In this document: one piece after another, positions 37,283 to 52,334 of the stretch
How positions within the stretch are numbered: the stretch's first letter is position 1
Layout: every line of letters begins with the position of its first letter
DNA from: Octopus sinensis
Taxonomy: Eukaryota
NCBI RefSeq assembly: GCF_006345805.1
Contig: NW_021835999.1
Location: forward strand, 62,001-126,000
Length of the DNA: 64,000 bases
Direction of reading: 5' to 3'
Notes under the pieces: model-generated
Databases searched by the model: none
What the model saw: the letters and a program-made list of their open reading frames with translations, nothing else
Told to the model about the DNA's origin: nothing
Made by a program: the position numbers and the translations under genes

Positions 37283-38505
37283 TTATAAAAACAAAAAAGA
37301 ATAATTATTACTGATGGTCTTTTTTGGACAAAATTTGCTATTTTCAGGCTGTCATAGTTATAGAGTTTTCCGAGCTTTAACGTCGAAAGCGCAACGATTA
37401 GTGTTGACGTATCAAATTTTAGTGTTAATGCATCAAGCGGAAAACTCTATATTAATATATTTCGAAATTTTTTGTCATCTATTTTTAATTCATTTCATTC
37501 GTTCCCGTCGCGGGGAGTCACTGTCTCTCATCCAGCATAAATTATGGTAGAATTTCTCGACACGATGTCGTACAAAAGAGATCAATGGAATGGTTCCAAA
37601 ACTTACGGTTTATATTATTTTATATGTTAGATTTTTCTAAAATGCAATCGGACAATTTATAACACTCAATTTTTCATTTATAACGGAAATTGCTTAATTT
37701 GAAATAACAAAAGACGTGGACTTTTAAAATCGCATAACTTCGTTCTTAATCACTCCATACGTGCACTGTCCTTCATTTTTTGTCAGATAAAAAACTCTTA
37801 TAAAATAACAATTTCTATTAATCGACTTTACAATAAATAAAATATTATAAACTTGACAATTTCTAGTGCTCCTATGGGCGTGGAGGTTTTGTTTCAACTT
37901 AAATTATTAGGATATAATCAGAACAAAGTTAAATAATGAATTTAATGTTTTTCGTTAAGTTGACCATTTTTTAGCCTGTCGTTTTGGAGGTCATAAACGA
38001 AAGTGAGTTATTTGGCCAACCAAAATGTACTTAATCCTTATTTATTTAAGCTTCCGAAAGAAATTTCAAGGTCGTTGTAGTCTCGGACAAATTTGTGGGA
38101 CTCCAATTAGTTGAGGTGACCTCGTGAATATTTAGGCTGCAGAGACATCGGGCTATAAATAACTTACTTGAGGAAGAATTGTCCACATCAGTTCACTCTC
38201 TGTCCATCACTGTATTGACTTTTTACTGATATTCCATTAGGCACGAACAGTGGAGCAGTGGAATAGATCATCACAAGTCAAACAAACCCCGACTTGCAAT
38301 CCGTAAATCTTACTGTCTGTTTTGTCCAATTATTTGTGCCACTTTTTCCATCAATTTTTATTAAAGTCACTTATTTAATAAAATTAGTCTGAAATAAGAA
38401 TAAAGTCATTGTAGGCATTATATTTTGAGGAAACAGGATTGAATAGATTAATACAATTTATATTTTTAGAGTATTTAGAATATTAGTAAATGTATTATGT
38501 AATAT

Positions 38506-39104
38506 CTATGTTTTATGGCAATTTGAGCTTTTGATTAAACGTCTTAATTTTGTATGAAATGTTGTGATTATTTCATCAGGAGTAATGAACCCGTCGTCTA
38601 AAAATGAGTTTATTTATTTCACGATTTTTATCCTGGGTTTTGTGCCACCGAAATAACTCTTGTTGAGTCACTGACCCGTCCCGGTTCTTGTCGAGGGGGG
38701 TTACTTGCAGACATGCTTCATATTTAGGGATTCCAGCTTCGATGTAACATTTTTTAATTTCGTCGGAGTTGACTTTGTGATCACCGACTTTAGCTTATAA
38801 TGAATATTAAACTAGAAATAGGGATTTCGAATTTCTGTGGACATTTTACAAAAAATAATTCCAAATGTTCCCCTAAAGATAGTTTATTGTCATTATTTTC
38901 ATCAGCAAGAGCAAAAATTTTCATGTTTATTTCTCTGTTGTCGACAAAATTTTCTTGCAAGTTAATAATATCCAAAATCCGTTTTAGTTGCTTTATATCC
39001 CGCTCACTTTTGTAGTTTGGTTGATTTTCACTCAAAAATGTATCAAAACTGATCTACCTTAAAAAGACTAAAAAAAATAAAAATAATATTTCTTTATGAT
39101 TCAT
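38506..39104 (-). CDS. EF-hand protein, copy 2
   Basis: Near-identical to 9468-10065. Confidence 0.55.
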
Positions 39105-39698
39105 ATAATGACGATTCTAGAAAGAAAATTTATACTTTATCATTAACACATGTTTTTAAACATATGTTTGACTCTAATTTGCATAAATGATTATTGAGTC
39201 AAATATTAAAAAATATCTGATTTCATCTAATTTTTTATTTCATAATCACGGCAGTCCGATTCAAAAAAAGTATTGACGTAAGTTGAACTATTTCAAATTT
39301 ATGAATAAATATTGATTATCTTGTCAACTTAACAAAACTTATCTTACAACTAAGGTCCTTGAATATTGTGATTTTGTATTTTTATCAAATAAATTAAATT
39401 TATCTACGCCTATAAACAAACCACATCAATATAATGTAGAATTCAAAAATTCGTACATTAGATACTGCCACTGAATCATAATTTTTTACTATATCTTCCA
39501 AAATAGAAAAAACAAAATATCGAAGAAACTTAGAGAAATAACCACATTTTATTACATAAATTGAATTCGGAATTTTTATCGATTACTCATTGATTAAAAA
39601 ATAAGATACAATATAAAAACTAAGAAATTCTATATTTTCCAAAAGAAACGTTTTATTTGAGTTGTTACGGATATAGAAGAACGGAATTAGAACAGGAA

Positions 39699-40338
39699 AT
39701 GTCACAAAAAACAATCATGGATTATATGGACAAAATGGTTGAGGAATATTTGATTTTCCACGGCCTTGAAGAAACTGCAGCAACATTTAAACATGAAAGG
39801 GAAAAGGTAAACTCGAAAAAAAAGGTTAAGCAAATATGAAATAACCTAAGAAGACAGATGCAGTAGTTGTCCAAATTCTAGACTTTATCGAAAAGTTAGA
39901 AATTGAAAATCTGGTTGAGTTCTGGAATTACTTGCGGATTCATTTTTTCAGCCAGTCTTTGGAAATTGACCAAAAGATTTTGGAAATACAAAACTCAATA
40001 TTCAGTTCATATCTTATCTCGGCTACAGTCAAAAAACGGCGTGATAAAATAATCGAATTTTTTGAGAAAATAATTCCTAAACTTCCTAACAGGTTTCACT
40101 GGTCACCGTGGATAAATTGTATTTTGATTACGTAATATTCAGCACTGACTAACCCTACCGAAACAGAAATGCTAATCCGGAAATTTGATGAAAAATGGAA
40201 AATTAAATTTGTCATTTCCCTTCGAAATCTGGTCTTTTCGACATTCTGCAAAGTCCGTAAGTATTTTTATTTAACTTTTACGTAGACTCTCCTGATCTGT
40301 TACGCTTGCTAAATGAGAGACTGACTATTAAGTTCTGA
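39699..40338 (+). CDS. WDR91: WDR91-like N-terminal domain protein, copy 2 (uninterrupted; 3' end inferred)
   Basis: MSQKTIMDYMDKMVEEYLIFHG...; short introns; frame appears to stop at ...RLTIKF*. Confidence 0.6.
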
Positions 40339-41429
40339 ATGCCCAGATTGATTATTATGAGTTTATTTGTTTAAATAGCTATAAATCTAACAAGAATGTC
40401 CTGTAAATGGACTAAGGCAGTTTGTAAGCACTATTTCCATTACAGCTCGTCTTTTTGTTGGCAAAGTCGTTTTTGAAAAATATATTTAAAGAAATTTTAT
40501 TATTTTTAGTGTTCTGTTGTAGATATTTTTGGGCCATGGCACTTTATGAGATTGTTTTTATTTGTGGAAGAGTTTCTAACATTTTCTAGTTTTCCGAATT
40601 GAATTTAAAAGCAATTTTCAAGTCAGTTTAATCTGAAAGAATTTTATCGGTACATTCTGCAAGAGGCTCTCTGTTGTTATCAGGACATACAATATAATCA
40701 GTCTGACAGGAATTAGTATTAATATTCTCGTCTGCTACCGAGAATGGGACTATTTTGCGTATGACTATTCGGCGTGGATAATATAGTATAATGGACTGCA
40801 GCAATAGTGACAGATAGGTCATTTAGTGAGATTTGTTTAACAAGCGCACCGCAAAATCAGAGACCCATAGGTTACTGAGGTTTTGCTTGCACCAGCCTCA
40901 CAAACAGAACTTTTAAAAACAGAAGAAAAAAGATAATTATTTTAACTAATCCAGATTTATTGAGTCCTAGTTTCATCAGTTTTCTTTTCAGTTGTTGTCT
41001 GGCAGTAACCACGTTATAACGTTAAGAAGATCGTTACGTTCCATCCGGAAGTCCACATATGTTTGAAATGTCACCACTCAGTATAGCGACATTTAGCTTT
41101 TTTTAAATTGATAAAAGATCTTGTTTGATATCTTACGTGGCAGTGCCAAAGCCATTCTGAATCCCGAAATCCACAAATTTCCTTTGGCCTCCCAGAACTG
41201 ATTAATTGATTTTGTTTTTTTCAAATTAATCATAAATATTTTTTTTAATTTTCTACGCCGAATAGTCCAGTAAACATTATTCTTGCAAAGTTTTAAATTT
41301 GGCGTTCTTTCCCTATATGTTAACTATAACATATTTTGAAAGTAGAAATTTTGAAATATAAAAATTATTGAATAATAATAAAATAATCAAAATTGATACT
41401 TAATCGAGTTTGTTGCTGTTGTGTTTCTA

Positions 41430-44030
41430 ATGTATACATTAAAAAGTCCATTCGGAGGATCATCATTAAAATTTAGTGATGAAAACACAGAATCAGTACC
41501 ATTTTAGTCTAAATAAATTAAAATATAAATATATACCACTTATAGATATTAAATGAACTCATCGAAATCTTCAGGTAAAGCTTCTTAACTAAATTTCAAG
41601 CATTCTGGTCAAAAACGAAAATTCTTTCCAAAATCAAATCGACAACATCCTCTACAACTCCCAAAACGGGATCAAAAAAATATTTTCAATGTTCAACAAA
41701 CAAATAAAAATTTTCAACGAATTTCACGGAATCCCGAAAGCTCAAAAGTGGCCCACGGAATCCATAATACACGTGCTTGAATACACATACAGTCAAACAA
41801 TCGACAACCCACGGAGTCTAAAAAATTATAAACCGTTTTCCCCTCAAGTTTACGGCGAGACTCTCCCAAAGATGGTCGAGGCCATTCTTGAAAATTTGGG
41901 AAACACAGAAAATGATATTTTCTTAGACCTTGGGAGCGGTTTAGGCGATTTTTTAACCATTTTTGTAGGGGTTGGACAGGTTGTGCTGCAAGTAGCCGCC
42001 TCCCGCCCCTTTCGGTGTTGTATTGGAATAGAATCAGCTCAGATTCCGTCAAAATATGCTACGGTTGACTTGAATTGTATACTTTTAGTGTTTATTAGAC
42101 CGTTTTAGTACATTAATGTCGTTTTTCGGCCAATTCATGAGTCCTGTTGAAGTATTCTCTTTTTTTTACATAGTAGATAAAACATGGAGATTTTTTGGAC
42201 GAAAGATTCAGAGAAACTATTCAATCTGCCAGGTATTTCTTAGTTTTTGCTGTGTTTGTTATATATATTGTTATTTCGTAATATTTTAGCATAATTTTTG
42301 TCAACAATTATTCGTTTGGGGCTGAACTGAACAATCGGGTAGTTTTGTATGTATTAAAGTGTTTTAGTTGGCCGATTTATTTTCCCAGTTGGCCAATGGG
42401 ACGAGAATTATTTCGGTTATTCCTTTTTGCAGTAAAAACAGACGAATTTGCGATAGAACACAGTCTGGTGATTACTTTTGTAATTTTAAAGATATTTCCG
42501 CGATGATGCGGGTAACGGAAATAGCCACGGTGGCAAACGGGGTCTCCTGGACAATGGATCCCATAACCTACTATTTGCACACCGTTGATTTGACCATGGT
42601 GATTGTTTGTTCAGTATTAGTAGATTGAAGAGTACTATCAATCCAAAAAGCCGAGAAAACCTCACAAACCTGGAAATGTGGATTTTTCCTTGACGTTTGA
42701 GGATTTTTTGTTGGGAATTGAAAGTCCGGAATTTGCTGACTCAGTCAAAAACGTGTTGGAACAGCTCAAGGTTAATTATAGACGTTAAGAGATGGCAGAG
42801 TGCTAACCAACAGCTTAAACTAAAGATAGAGGATTTAGAAAATGAGATCTCGTCACTGGAAAGAATTATTATCGAGAAATATCGAAATAAATTCTCAAAA
42901 GTAATTTCCACGTTAAGATTTTGCAGTTTTCTTCAGTAGAATTTGGAATTGATAGTTTCATCGACTGCTACAATGCAAGTGTGGATGAGTATTTCTTTTT
43001 GTGTGATCAGCTGCGTCAAAAAACTGACCAAAGCACGAATCAAGTCAGTTTTGAACAGTCTCGGCTACATCTCGACGGGCCGCAGAATTCATCACAGGAG
43101 AGTTTTGATTCGAGTTCTTCTGAGGAAGGAGAGCTTGCAAGTTCGTCGGAATTAGAAAGCATGTCCAATTCTATAGACAAGCCTGACATTGAGGAGTCTT
43201 TGAGCAATTTGAATTGTTCATCCTTGTTGAGATTGCGACGTAGAATTATGAGGAAGATTGAGGACTGTTCTGCAGTGTCCAGTTCTGTGGAAGATATGAG
43301 TTCGCCGACTTCAGCTCACTCAAGTCCAGTCAGTGAAGGAGTCAGTAGAACGTGTCCGGAAAATCAAAAAGGAGTGGTCAATACTGATTTAAAGTCTTTG
43401 GTTTATGGCAACTCTACTGTCAACAAACCGACAGTTCAGTGTGAAGAGAATAATGAATTGACAGAGGATAAGTCTGTGTTTAAAGATAAGTGCAGTCGAC
43501 TGTCTTTCAAGATTAATCGACCACAGAAAAGGAAGTTTCCTGCTCAGTATTTTACCGTGAATAAACTTCGTATGCCAAAGAAGAATGAGACAGTCGATGA
43601 GCAAGTTCCTCAGATGAAGACTTGTGTGAAGTCACCTCAGATGACTAACCAATCTGAGAATGTTTTAAATGAGTCAGAATATCGACAGCCATGCCCACGT
43701 GCCACTCATAATATGAGTACAGCACCACTTTTTTATGATAATTTGATTGATGGAATGTACTACCAATATCCTCCGTATGAAGGTCGTTTTCCACACAATC
43801 CATATTGTCAGATTAGTTATGCTTCTTCTTATGTTCCGTGGGATCCTTTTCATTATCGCCCGCGTTCAATTCCTGGCGAGTATTTTTTAGATTTTGGGAG
43901 AAATGTAGATTTGGGGCAATTTCGTAATCGTGCTAATTTTATGGGGGGTTTTCGGTTGCCAAATCGGTATCCTCCGCGACGAATAAGTTGTTCTAACCAC
44001 TATTATCGATATTGGAGACCTGGTTTGTAA
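41430..44030 (+). CDS. DOT1L: DOT1L copy 2 (frame intact where copy 1 is shifted)
   Basis: Same motifs as copy 1; QSKKPRK in frame at ~42640. Confidence 0.9.
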
Positions 44031-44594
44031 TTTATACTTTTTTCTACATGTAATGATATTTACTTTTTGTATGATTTAATTTATGGTTTTTATTCACAAA
44101 GGTTCATTGCCTAGATTAGTTGATTTTTATTGTAAAAGCATTTTGAATGAACTAGGTCAGATATTAAAGGAAGCATTGTTTATATAGGAAGCATTGAGTT
44201 GGGTCCCCACTAAATCAGGGTCTCTTTAGTCCGGGATCATCCTCACCCAATTCCACAGGTCTTCTGGCATTGAGGAGCAGGCCTACCAGCAAGTTCAAGC
44301 CCAGTCATATTCACAGTTTCTCGTATTTAATATATTAAAGAATGCATACACTCAGAAAGAATACATACACTTTCTTATAAAAGAATAAGAAAGTCTTTTT
44401 TGATATCAAGTCAAAACTACAGTAAAACCTCTCGAATCCGCCGATTTTGGGAGCCACCAAATTTATAATTGAAACATAAACTTACTTGAATACATAAAAT
44501 TATTTATATTCAAAAAATCAGAAATTTTATGTTTTTTAGTTAATTTTCTTAACATTTCTCTAATTCGCATAATATTTTCGTAATCATCTATATA

Positions 44595-46214
44595 CAGTCC
44601 GACCTCTAAATGGGGCACTAAGTGCCTCAAATCAGAGGTTTCCCCAAAAAAGAGGTTTTTCAAAAAGCTCAATAAATAAAGAAAAAGAACATTATTTTTT
44701 AAAATAATCAGTTAATTTTTCTCCATATTTATATTTATTTTTAATTCCTAACGACACTTTCTTTCTGAATTCATAAAAATCATGAAGAGAATCTGGAATC
44801 AAATCAAAGATGTTTGTCTCTAAGTTTTCCATCAAACTTAAAATTTGTGATATTGATAGTTAGATATTTGGATCATTATCTTCTATTTCATCAAAACATT
44901 CATCAATAACATTATTAAATATTTCTTCAGATGATTCATTTATGCAACTCGAGTCTGATGGAGATTGTCGAAAAACCTTTTGCCAGCAGTTATAAATAAT
45001 ATCCGCAGATACATTATTCCAAGCATCTGAGATTATTGTTACCACTTGCCGCAAATTTAATTTGGATAAAGACTCTATAAACAAATCCTGGTCGTCTTGA
45101 AAACATAAAAAATCAATTAGACAATTCAAATAATTATCCTTGAAATTTTTAATGATTCCAGCATCCAATGGTTGAAGTATTGGTGTCGTACAGCATAGAT
45201 GAAGAGTAACTTTATCTTTACTCCTTTTAAAGCCCCGTGCCGAATCACCAGTTTTCACGAATGATTTACGTGGGGTAAGTTTGATAAAAAGAGAAGTTTC
45301 GTCACAATTAAAAATGTTCTCCTTTCCATATTGTTCAACTTTGATATTTAATTCTGATAAAAAATTCAAAATTATCGCATGATCAGCAGATGCGGATTCG
45401 CCTGACAATGTTCGGAATTTTAATTCATGCCTCTGCTCGAATTTTTCTAACCATCCATTTGAAGCTTTAACCTTGTTTAAGCCCATTCTCAAAGAAACAG
45501 TTAGGGAAATTTTTTTAAAAGAGTTCCAGAAACTGGAACATTCTGATCCCTTAGACGCTGAAAAATATCAAGGACTTTTTCATCAAATCCGTTTTTATTT
45601 TCACTTAATGATGAGGAAAAGAAATCCTTTTTTGATAAATGGAAGAATATTCTTTTTTATACGAAAAATAGTTCCCTTGCTAGTATTGTACATTATGGAT
45701 AATCTCCTCTCAGAATGTTCTTTCTTTAAAAGATGATCAGCAATCTTCAACTTGGTTTCATTCCTCCGGATATGGCAACGCTCAGGAGGCACTTAATGCC
45801 TACCGAAAAAGGACTCTTAGCTTCTCAGACCCTGGGACATCGTCGTCTCAGGCCGATCTTGCGGGAAGGATTGAACCTTTCAGAAGGATCTCCCTCGTTT
45901 GGATCGGCGATCACGGGAATAACTATAATTAACTGGCTTTGCCTGTGTTTGGTCTTTAAATAATAATAATAATAAATAATAATTCAAAGGCATTACACAA
46001 GAAATTTGAAATGAAACGTGTCTTAAAATATTTATTTTTTAAATTGGTATAATTAATTTTATTTAATAAAAAATCAATGCCCCAAATAGAGATGTTAAAA
46101 TTAATTGATTTTTTATAATTTGGTTAAAAAAATTTATAATGCCCCAAAACAGAGTTTTCCCCAAAAAAGAGGTGCCCCACCCCTGGAGGTGCGCCCCAAT
46201 TAGAGGTCGGACTG
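44595..46214 (-). mobile_element. Second Tigger/pogo family element (nested)
   Basis: TIR CAGTCCGACCTCTAA.TGGGGC, TA TSD; ASNGWLEKF, IFNCDETSLF, ILQPLDAGII motifs; absent in copy 1. Confidence 0.9.
45764..45981 (+). mobile_element. 5'-truncated SINE in the start of the nested transposase
   Basis: ATTC TSD at 45760-63 and 45982-85, (TAA)n tail, homology to ~7890-8075; removal restores MPLNETKLKIADH. Confidence 0.75.
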
Positions 46215-47648
46215 TATCTGAATTTACCTGAGAAGCATAAGTTTTAATAATCTCTAGAGTTCTGAAAGCTTCTGAAAGATTAACTCTTTTCTCATTTGAT
46301 TCCTCTTCAATAATTGTTTCCTAAGTAAAATTATTAAATAAAATCACTAACTGATTGAACTTTTTTGACTGTATTATATCAGCTTGTTCAGATTTTTCTA
46401 AAAATTCCATTAGCTCTTCATTTTCAGTATATCCATAATCAACAAATTTACTATAAGATATTGGATCGTCAATTTGAAATTTCTTAATTATTTCCTCATC
46501 ATTATTTTCGTAGTTCTTAGATTCACTTTTAATTTTGATTGTTTCACATTTTATCCATTGTGCATGACGGAAACAATTTTTGATGGTCGTAGGAGTAACT
46601 TTATTCCAAGCGAAGAGTTTTAATGTCGCAGCAGTTTTAAGGGTGATTGGATTAATTGCATTTTGACAATTTTCCCCTGCCTCAACCTTTTCGATTATAT
46701 CATTTATTTTCAAATTGGTAAATTCGGCTTTAAAGCATTTTATAATTCTTTGATCCATTGGTTGCAAAACCGAGGAAGTTCTGGGCGGCAAAAAACGAAT
46801 TTCAATTAACGTGACAATAATGAGATGGGCATTGATCTATTGCAAGTAAAATTTTTATTTTTTTCTTCACAAGTTCACAATCAAAATAACTGAACCAGCC
46901 ACTTGTTAAAAATTTCACGGTTCATCCATGCCTTATTGGAATGGGTGTAGGTAACATATTTTCCAGTGTTGAAATTTTTAAAACCCCTTGGACTTTTGAA
47001 TCCTCGTATCATTACATGTCTTCTTTTATCGAAACAAGAACAATTTGCGCATAATAGTAAAGAAAATCGATCCTTCGACAACTTTATTCCAGGCCTTGAT
47101 TTAGTGCACACACTTTTAAAAAGAATCGCCTTGTAAAAAACACCAGTTTCATCTGCATTATAAACATTATCCAATCCATATTGTTCAATTTTTAAACTGA
47201 CTGTTTCATTAACTCCAGTAGATTCCATTAAGTCAATCCGTGTTATCATCGCTACATCAATTTCATTAAATTTGAGTTTTAGGATTCTCGTTATGTTTAA
47301 TTTTTTGATATCAGTCCTATTCAAAAGGTCCGATTTTGATTTAATATCGTTTATAGTTCTCGGAGAAATTTTATTTTTTAATCATGAAGAAAAAATCCTG
47401 GAAATTTGAGGTGCAGAAACAAATGGGTTGCCAGAAATATAACGTAGTATAGAAATTTTTTCGTTGATAGAAAGTCTAACACAACAAAGCATCACAAAAA
47501 TACAATTTAACGTGTAATAAAAATTTTTCATAATACTTGAGGAGCGGATTCGAGAAAAAAGCGGATTCGAGAATCATTCATAGGATATTTCAAATTTTTG
47601 ATTAAAACAAGCGGATTCGAGAAGTGGCGGATTCGAGAGGTTTCACTG

Positions 47649-48594
47649 TACCTCCAAAAATCGTTCAAATGTTCGTGGAAGAGGAAAACGTGGAGAACAT
47701 TGAGTATCTCGATTTCTATGGGTATTGATAAATCATTAATTTCCAATTACACATGAAAGTTCATTAAAACGAGAGAAAGCCGTAATAATGCCCAACAAAC
47801 ACTTCAATTCATTCCAAAAACAAATAAAAAAAGCAGTGGAGAACACGCCGACTCGCTCGAGGCTGGAGGAAGCAGCCATCAATGAACTTATGAACGGAAT
47901 TTACTAAGATGTCCTGCCAAATGACCATAAAATAGTGGCAGTCTTCCCCGACCACTCGGAACCAAAGGACCCCGACTACAATCAAGTGTCAGTGGACAAC
48001 TGTAACCCTTAGACCTCACTTGATGGGATTGGGCGTGGAGTCCGCCCTCAGGAGTGAGGGATTCAAGGTTGGGGATCACTGTGGAGTCAGTGAGGGACGG
48101 GAAAGTGAGGGTCAGAATATCTCAAACAGGCAAGGTGGTTACGGTTGGGATGTCGGAGATCAGTTCGGTGACCGTGGACGAGTACAACCGGAAAAAAGGG
48201 GGTTCAGTGTTTTGGTATACTTGCAGATATCCTGGGAACGACTCGGATTGTTGACTGAAACCGAATCTGCTAATTCTGTGTGCAAATTTTCTCTACAGGA
48301 TAGTGGGGAAATGATTTTCGGTAGTTTGGTTGTGTGATTCGCAGGACTCAAACAACGACATTTGCAGACTGTGATTCCCTGCAACTCAGAGGATATGGTC
48401 TATCTCCTCCGGGGATCCTGCGTCGGGAAGGATGGTTTGTAGTGTCAGTCCAGGTTGGCACAGTTGTCAAGAAAGATCGGTCAAGGAATATGGCCAGTGT
48501 CAAACTCACTGCGGGCATGTCCTCTACTCCTGTTCTCCTCCCATATGACGATATTTGCTGCATATCCCCCGAACCCTTTTCCTGCATTACTTGA
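47649..48594 (+). pseudogene. GPKOW: GPKOW pseudogene, copy 2 (part downstream of Tigger)
   Basis: Paralog of 17860-18804 with an extra TAA at ~47905. Confidence 0.6.
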
Positions 48595-49053
48595 ATATTA
48601 AATATTGTCTTATTTATTTTGTGTGGGTAGGAGTAGGTCGATTTCGGTGTTGTATTAAACAGTAAAAACATTTTCTTACACGTCGAATGTCCTCGGGGTG
48701 GATTCCACAAGGATACTGTTAATAAACTTGGCTCACAAATATGATGATTATACTATTCAACACATTTTTGACAGGCATGCCAGTTTTGTACCCTCAACCA
48801 GCATAATAGTAGGCCTTCTATTTCGGCACTATAAATGATTTATGTATTTTCTCCATTTGGATTTGTTTGATGCGACTTTGACAAGTTAATTCAATCTGGA
48901 TGAGCACGGTCGTATTCCTCGTCTTTAGAAATATCCGGCTTGTTATTTTTGATTGTCGTACCAACTCCTATTCCAGAAATCAATTTCGCCACAACAAATT
49001 GGACTGACTACGTTTTGACTTGCTGATCTTCCAAATTTCCTGAAAAAGTGCAT

Positions 49054-49446
49054 TTAACAACTTTCCTGAACAAGTGGGGCCTCATATTCTCCAAAATATG
49101 ATTGTATGAGGTCGTCATAATTTATACCAAGAGGGGGCTCATATGCATTCCAGCAGTAGTAAGTAGGTTTATATTCCTCATAAGATCTTTTGCCAAAGGA
49201 CATCTTTTGCCCAAATTTCTTCATAAAATGTGTAGATATTTTTTTGCCCTTTTTCTCTTTCTAGGATTCTCGGGTTGTTGTAATACAACCTTAAGACGCG
49301 GTTGAACTTATCTCTCAACTCCCCCACATTTTTGCTAGTTCAGTTGGAATGGTAATGCGAAACAAATTCGACATCCCAATCCACAAAAGATAAGGGCACT
49401 TCTTGTTTAGATTTTCAATAAGAAATTGATATAAACAAATCTTCAT
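49054..49446 (-). pseudogene. ETS-domain pseudogene, copy 2
   Basis: Paralog of 19214-19602. Confidence 0.65.
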
Positions 49447-51237
49447 TTCAAAGTAGTATTTATCATTTGCAGAACGCAAAACACGTATTTATATTGTTCG
49501 TGGAGAGGTAAATTATGGCAATTTTTGTAAATTTACGTCTTTTTATTAAAACGGCGTCAATTCCGGTTTGTTTTAAGGGTTAAATCGCAACTATTAAATA
49601 TAAATGAATTTACACCTGCTCTCTGTGGTAATGACTTTATTTTCCTATCCATCCAAATCTATTTAGTTGTTTTGGACACGTAAAAATTTTAAACAGCCCT
49701 GCCGCTAAACGACATATTGACATCTCGCTTAGGCCAGCCACACTTTTTTTAACGTAGACGAGTTATCGCTTAACGGTTTAAAAGTTACAATATTAACCAT
49801 CATTTTACAACATCTCAAATTGGACTTTTGTGAGAGTTTTTTGATTAAGAAAAATCTTTTTTGATTAAAATAAATGGATTATCAATGGACTCGCCAAAAC
49901 AAATAAATTATTAGGATCTCAAACTTCTATGAAGAGCTTCATTGTATTAAATTGATAAGACTAGTTGGAATAAGGTCCATTTGATCTTAAGCAGGCGAAA
50001 AAGCAGACAAGACCGGATCCACTTCTTCCTAGTATTCAAGAAAAAAAATGCCTTCATGGAGTCAGAAGAAGCCACAATTTACGTACAAATTATCAAAAAA
50101 CAGTTTTGTTATTTGCAAAAACATTGCAGTTTCAGAATTGACCAAAACTAAGTCAAAAAATTTCACATTAACCAATCAAAAAAGAATCGGGAAAATTTTA
50201 GGCGAAGACTCGTAAAGCTTATAATGTTTTCATTGTAAAACAAATATTAGGAAAAATGAAATACAAAACCAAGAAGACATTTCTTTCAGAAAAATTGATA
50301 CTTTGGTTAGTCTGAATTGCACAACTTGAGAAATATACTACCACATAAACAACGGGATCGACACTCAGCACGTCGCATCATTGGACAGACAAGTCCTGGA
50401 TACCGCCTTTTCGATGATTAGCCCGTCCCTCAAACACGTTTATTTCCTCAAGTTAGACTTAGAGCCAATCTAGTGATTTGATCGAGTCCCTTGTCGAGAA
50501 TGTGCAGGAGGACTATTTGTTGGGTGTGAGGAAGGCAATAGGTGAGACACACGTCTGAACTTATAAACCCCTCCAAATGCACGGAATAAACTCCCCGTTC
50601 ACACACCGAAGTGACATTGGCGTTATTTCCAAGCCATGAGAAGCCGACTTTAAAAGGAATCTTAAAAATGTGAACAGAATTATCAATATAATTAGACACT
50701 AAGACACTAATTGGATTATCGTACTGGCAATCTGAGGTTCATCGGCACAGAAGGACTTAATAGACCAATCGAACTAAAAGACTCTTACAGGCACTGTCTC
50801 TAGAGTGCGTCAAAGACACGTTGCTCAAAAAATATTGCATATCATTTCACCAGGTGGAAACCGTCTCGTTTGATTGAACATTTAATACGAAAACATCATA
50901 ATTCAATTGGAAAAACTGGAATGTTCAAGCACCGATTTGTTTTACTATTTCGCCAACTTTTATGATCTAGAAAACAAATAACACAAAACAACTTTATTTT
51001 GATTATCGTTTCTAATCATATTTTAGAAAAACCACTGACAATTAAATCATAACTACCAAGAATTTTGAAAATAAAAACACCTTATTATCAATCTTTAATA
51101 AAAAAAGTTGCAGAGATAATCGCAAAAACTGGTTGCATTATTATTTTAAATTGTTTAAATTTATTTATAAACGATATCTCACAAAAAATTCTCCAAATAT
51201 TATGAAGACTATTCCATTAAGCAACGACACTATACGA

Positions 51238-52334
51238 CGGGGGTGTCAAAGATACGGCCCACGGGCCAGAGCTGGCCCGCGAACGATCTCAAATGGCCCG
51301 CGGTAAAAGTTTAAAAGTGTATTTAAAATCTAAAATTATTATTTAACACCAAATAAAAAAACTGGCGTGTCTTAATTATTTGCCTCACTTTATTTTTTTA
51401 TCTTAATTGGATTCAGAAGGAATAAATCAAGATGTATTTTCTTTTAATGATTTAATTATCTGAAAGTTCATCATTTTGGTGATATTTTTTGATTTTATTC
51501 CTTTAATCTCCTTTTTTACTTATTTATACTTTTTGTGATATTTTTGCGACGCCGGACGTGAGTCACTTTTCAAAAATTTATAGTACTTTTTCAATAATTT
51601 CCCCCTCTTAATTTTCTAAAACTAATGTGCCTCCGTCCTGTTTTATCACTCTGTATGCAGATGTGACAGTGGGAAACACTGAGCATTTTTATTGTTTAAA
51701 AAGTGTAATTTCCACCACATCGAATGTTGATATGAGTCATTATAAAGTGAAAATAACAGGATTACTTCAACAGTTTGAGACACGTTTTGAAATTTTTCGT
51801 GAACATGAAAAAGAATTTACTGTTTTTCGATCACCTCATCTTGCAGCTAACTTACAATTGGAAATTATTGATTTGAAATGTGACTCAGATCTGAAGAATA
51901 AATTTACCATGGTGGGCTTAGACACCTTTTATAAATATCTCTTGCCGAAGTATCCCAACTTAACAGCCTTAGCTGCAAAAATCTTGTCAATGTTTGGAAG
52001 TACATATCTATGTGGACAACTTTTCTCTTTAATGAACATAAACAAAACAAAATTTCGATCAAGACTCACCCACACTCATCTAAGTGAGATTCCAAGATTG
52101 ACGGTAACTCAGGATTTCACTCCAGATATTGACGCTATTATGAAGAAAAAAAGATGTCAAGTTTCTGGAACATATTTTAATTATAAAAATTAATAAATGT
52201 GTTGTTAAATGATTTTAAATTATAAATTAAAAATCATAGTATGAGTTTTGTTAAATCAAAAATAAATAGTCTGGCCCGCGGAGCCTAAAATTTTTTCAAT
52301 CCGGCCCGCGGAAGAAATGAGTTTGACACCCCTG
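51238..52334 (+). mobile_element. Internally deleted SPIN/GTF2IRD2-like hAT transposon
   Basis: TIR C(A/G)GGGGTGTCAAA, GGCCCGCG subterminal repeats, 8-bp TSD CTATACGA, MFGSTYLC.QLFS motif; absent in copy 1. Confidence 0.9.

Larger units (their letters stand above)
44420..47648 (-). mobile_element. Tigger/pogo element, copy 2, containing a nested second Tigger
   Basis: Same TIRs and TA flanks as 16258-17859. Confidence 0.9.
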
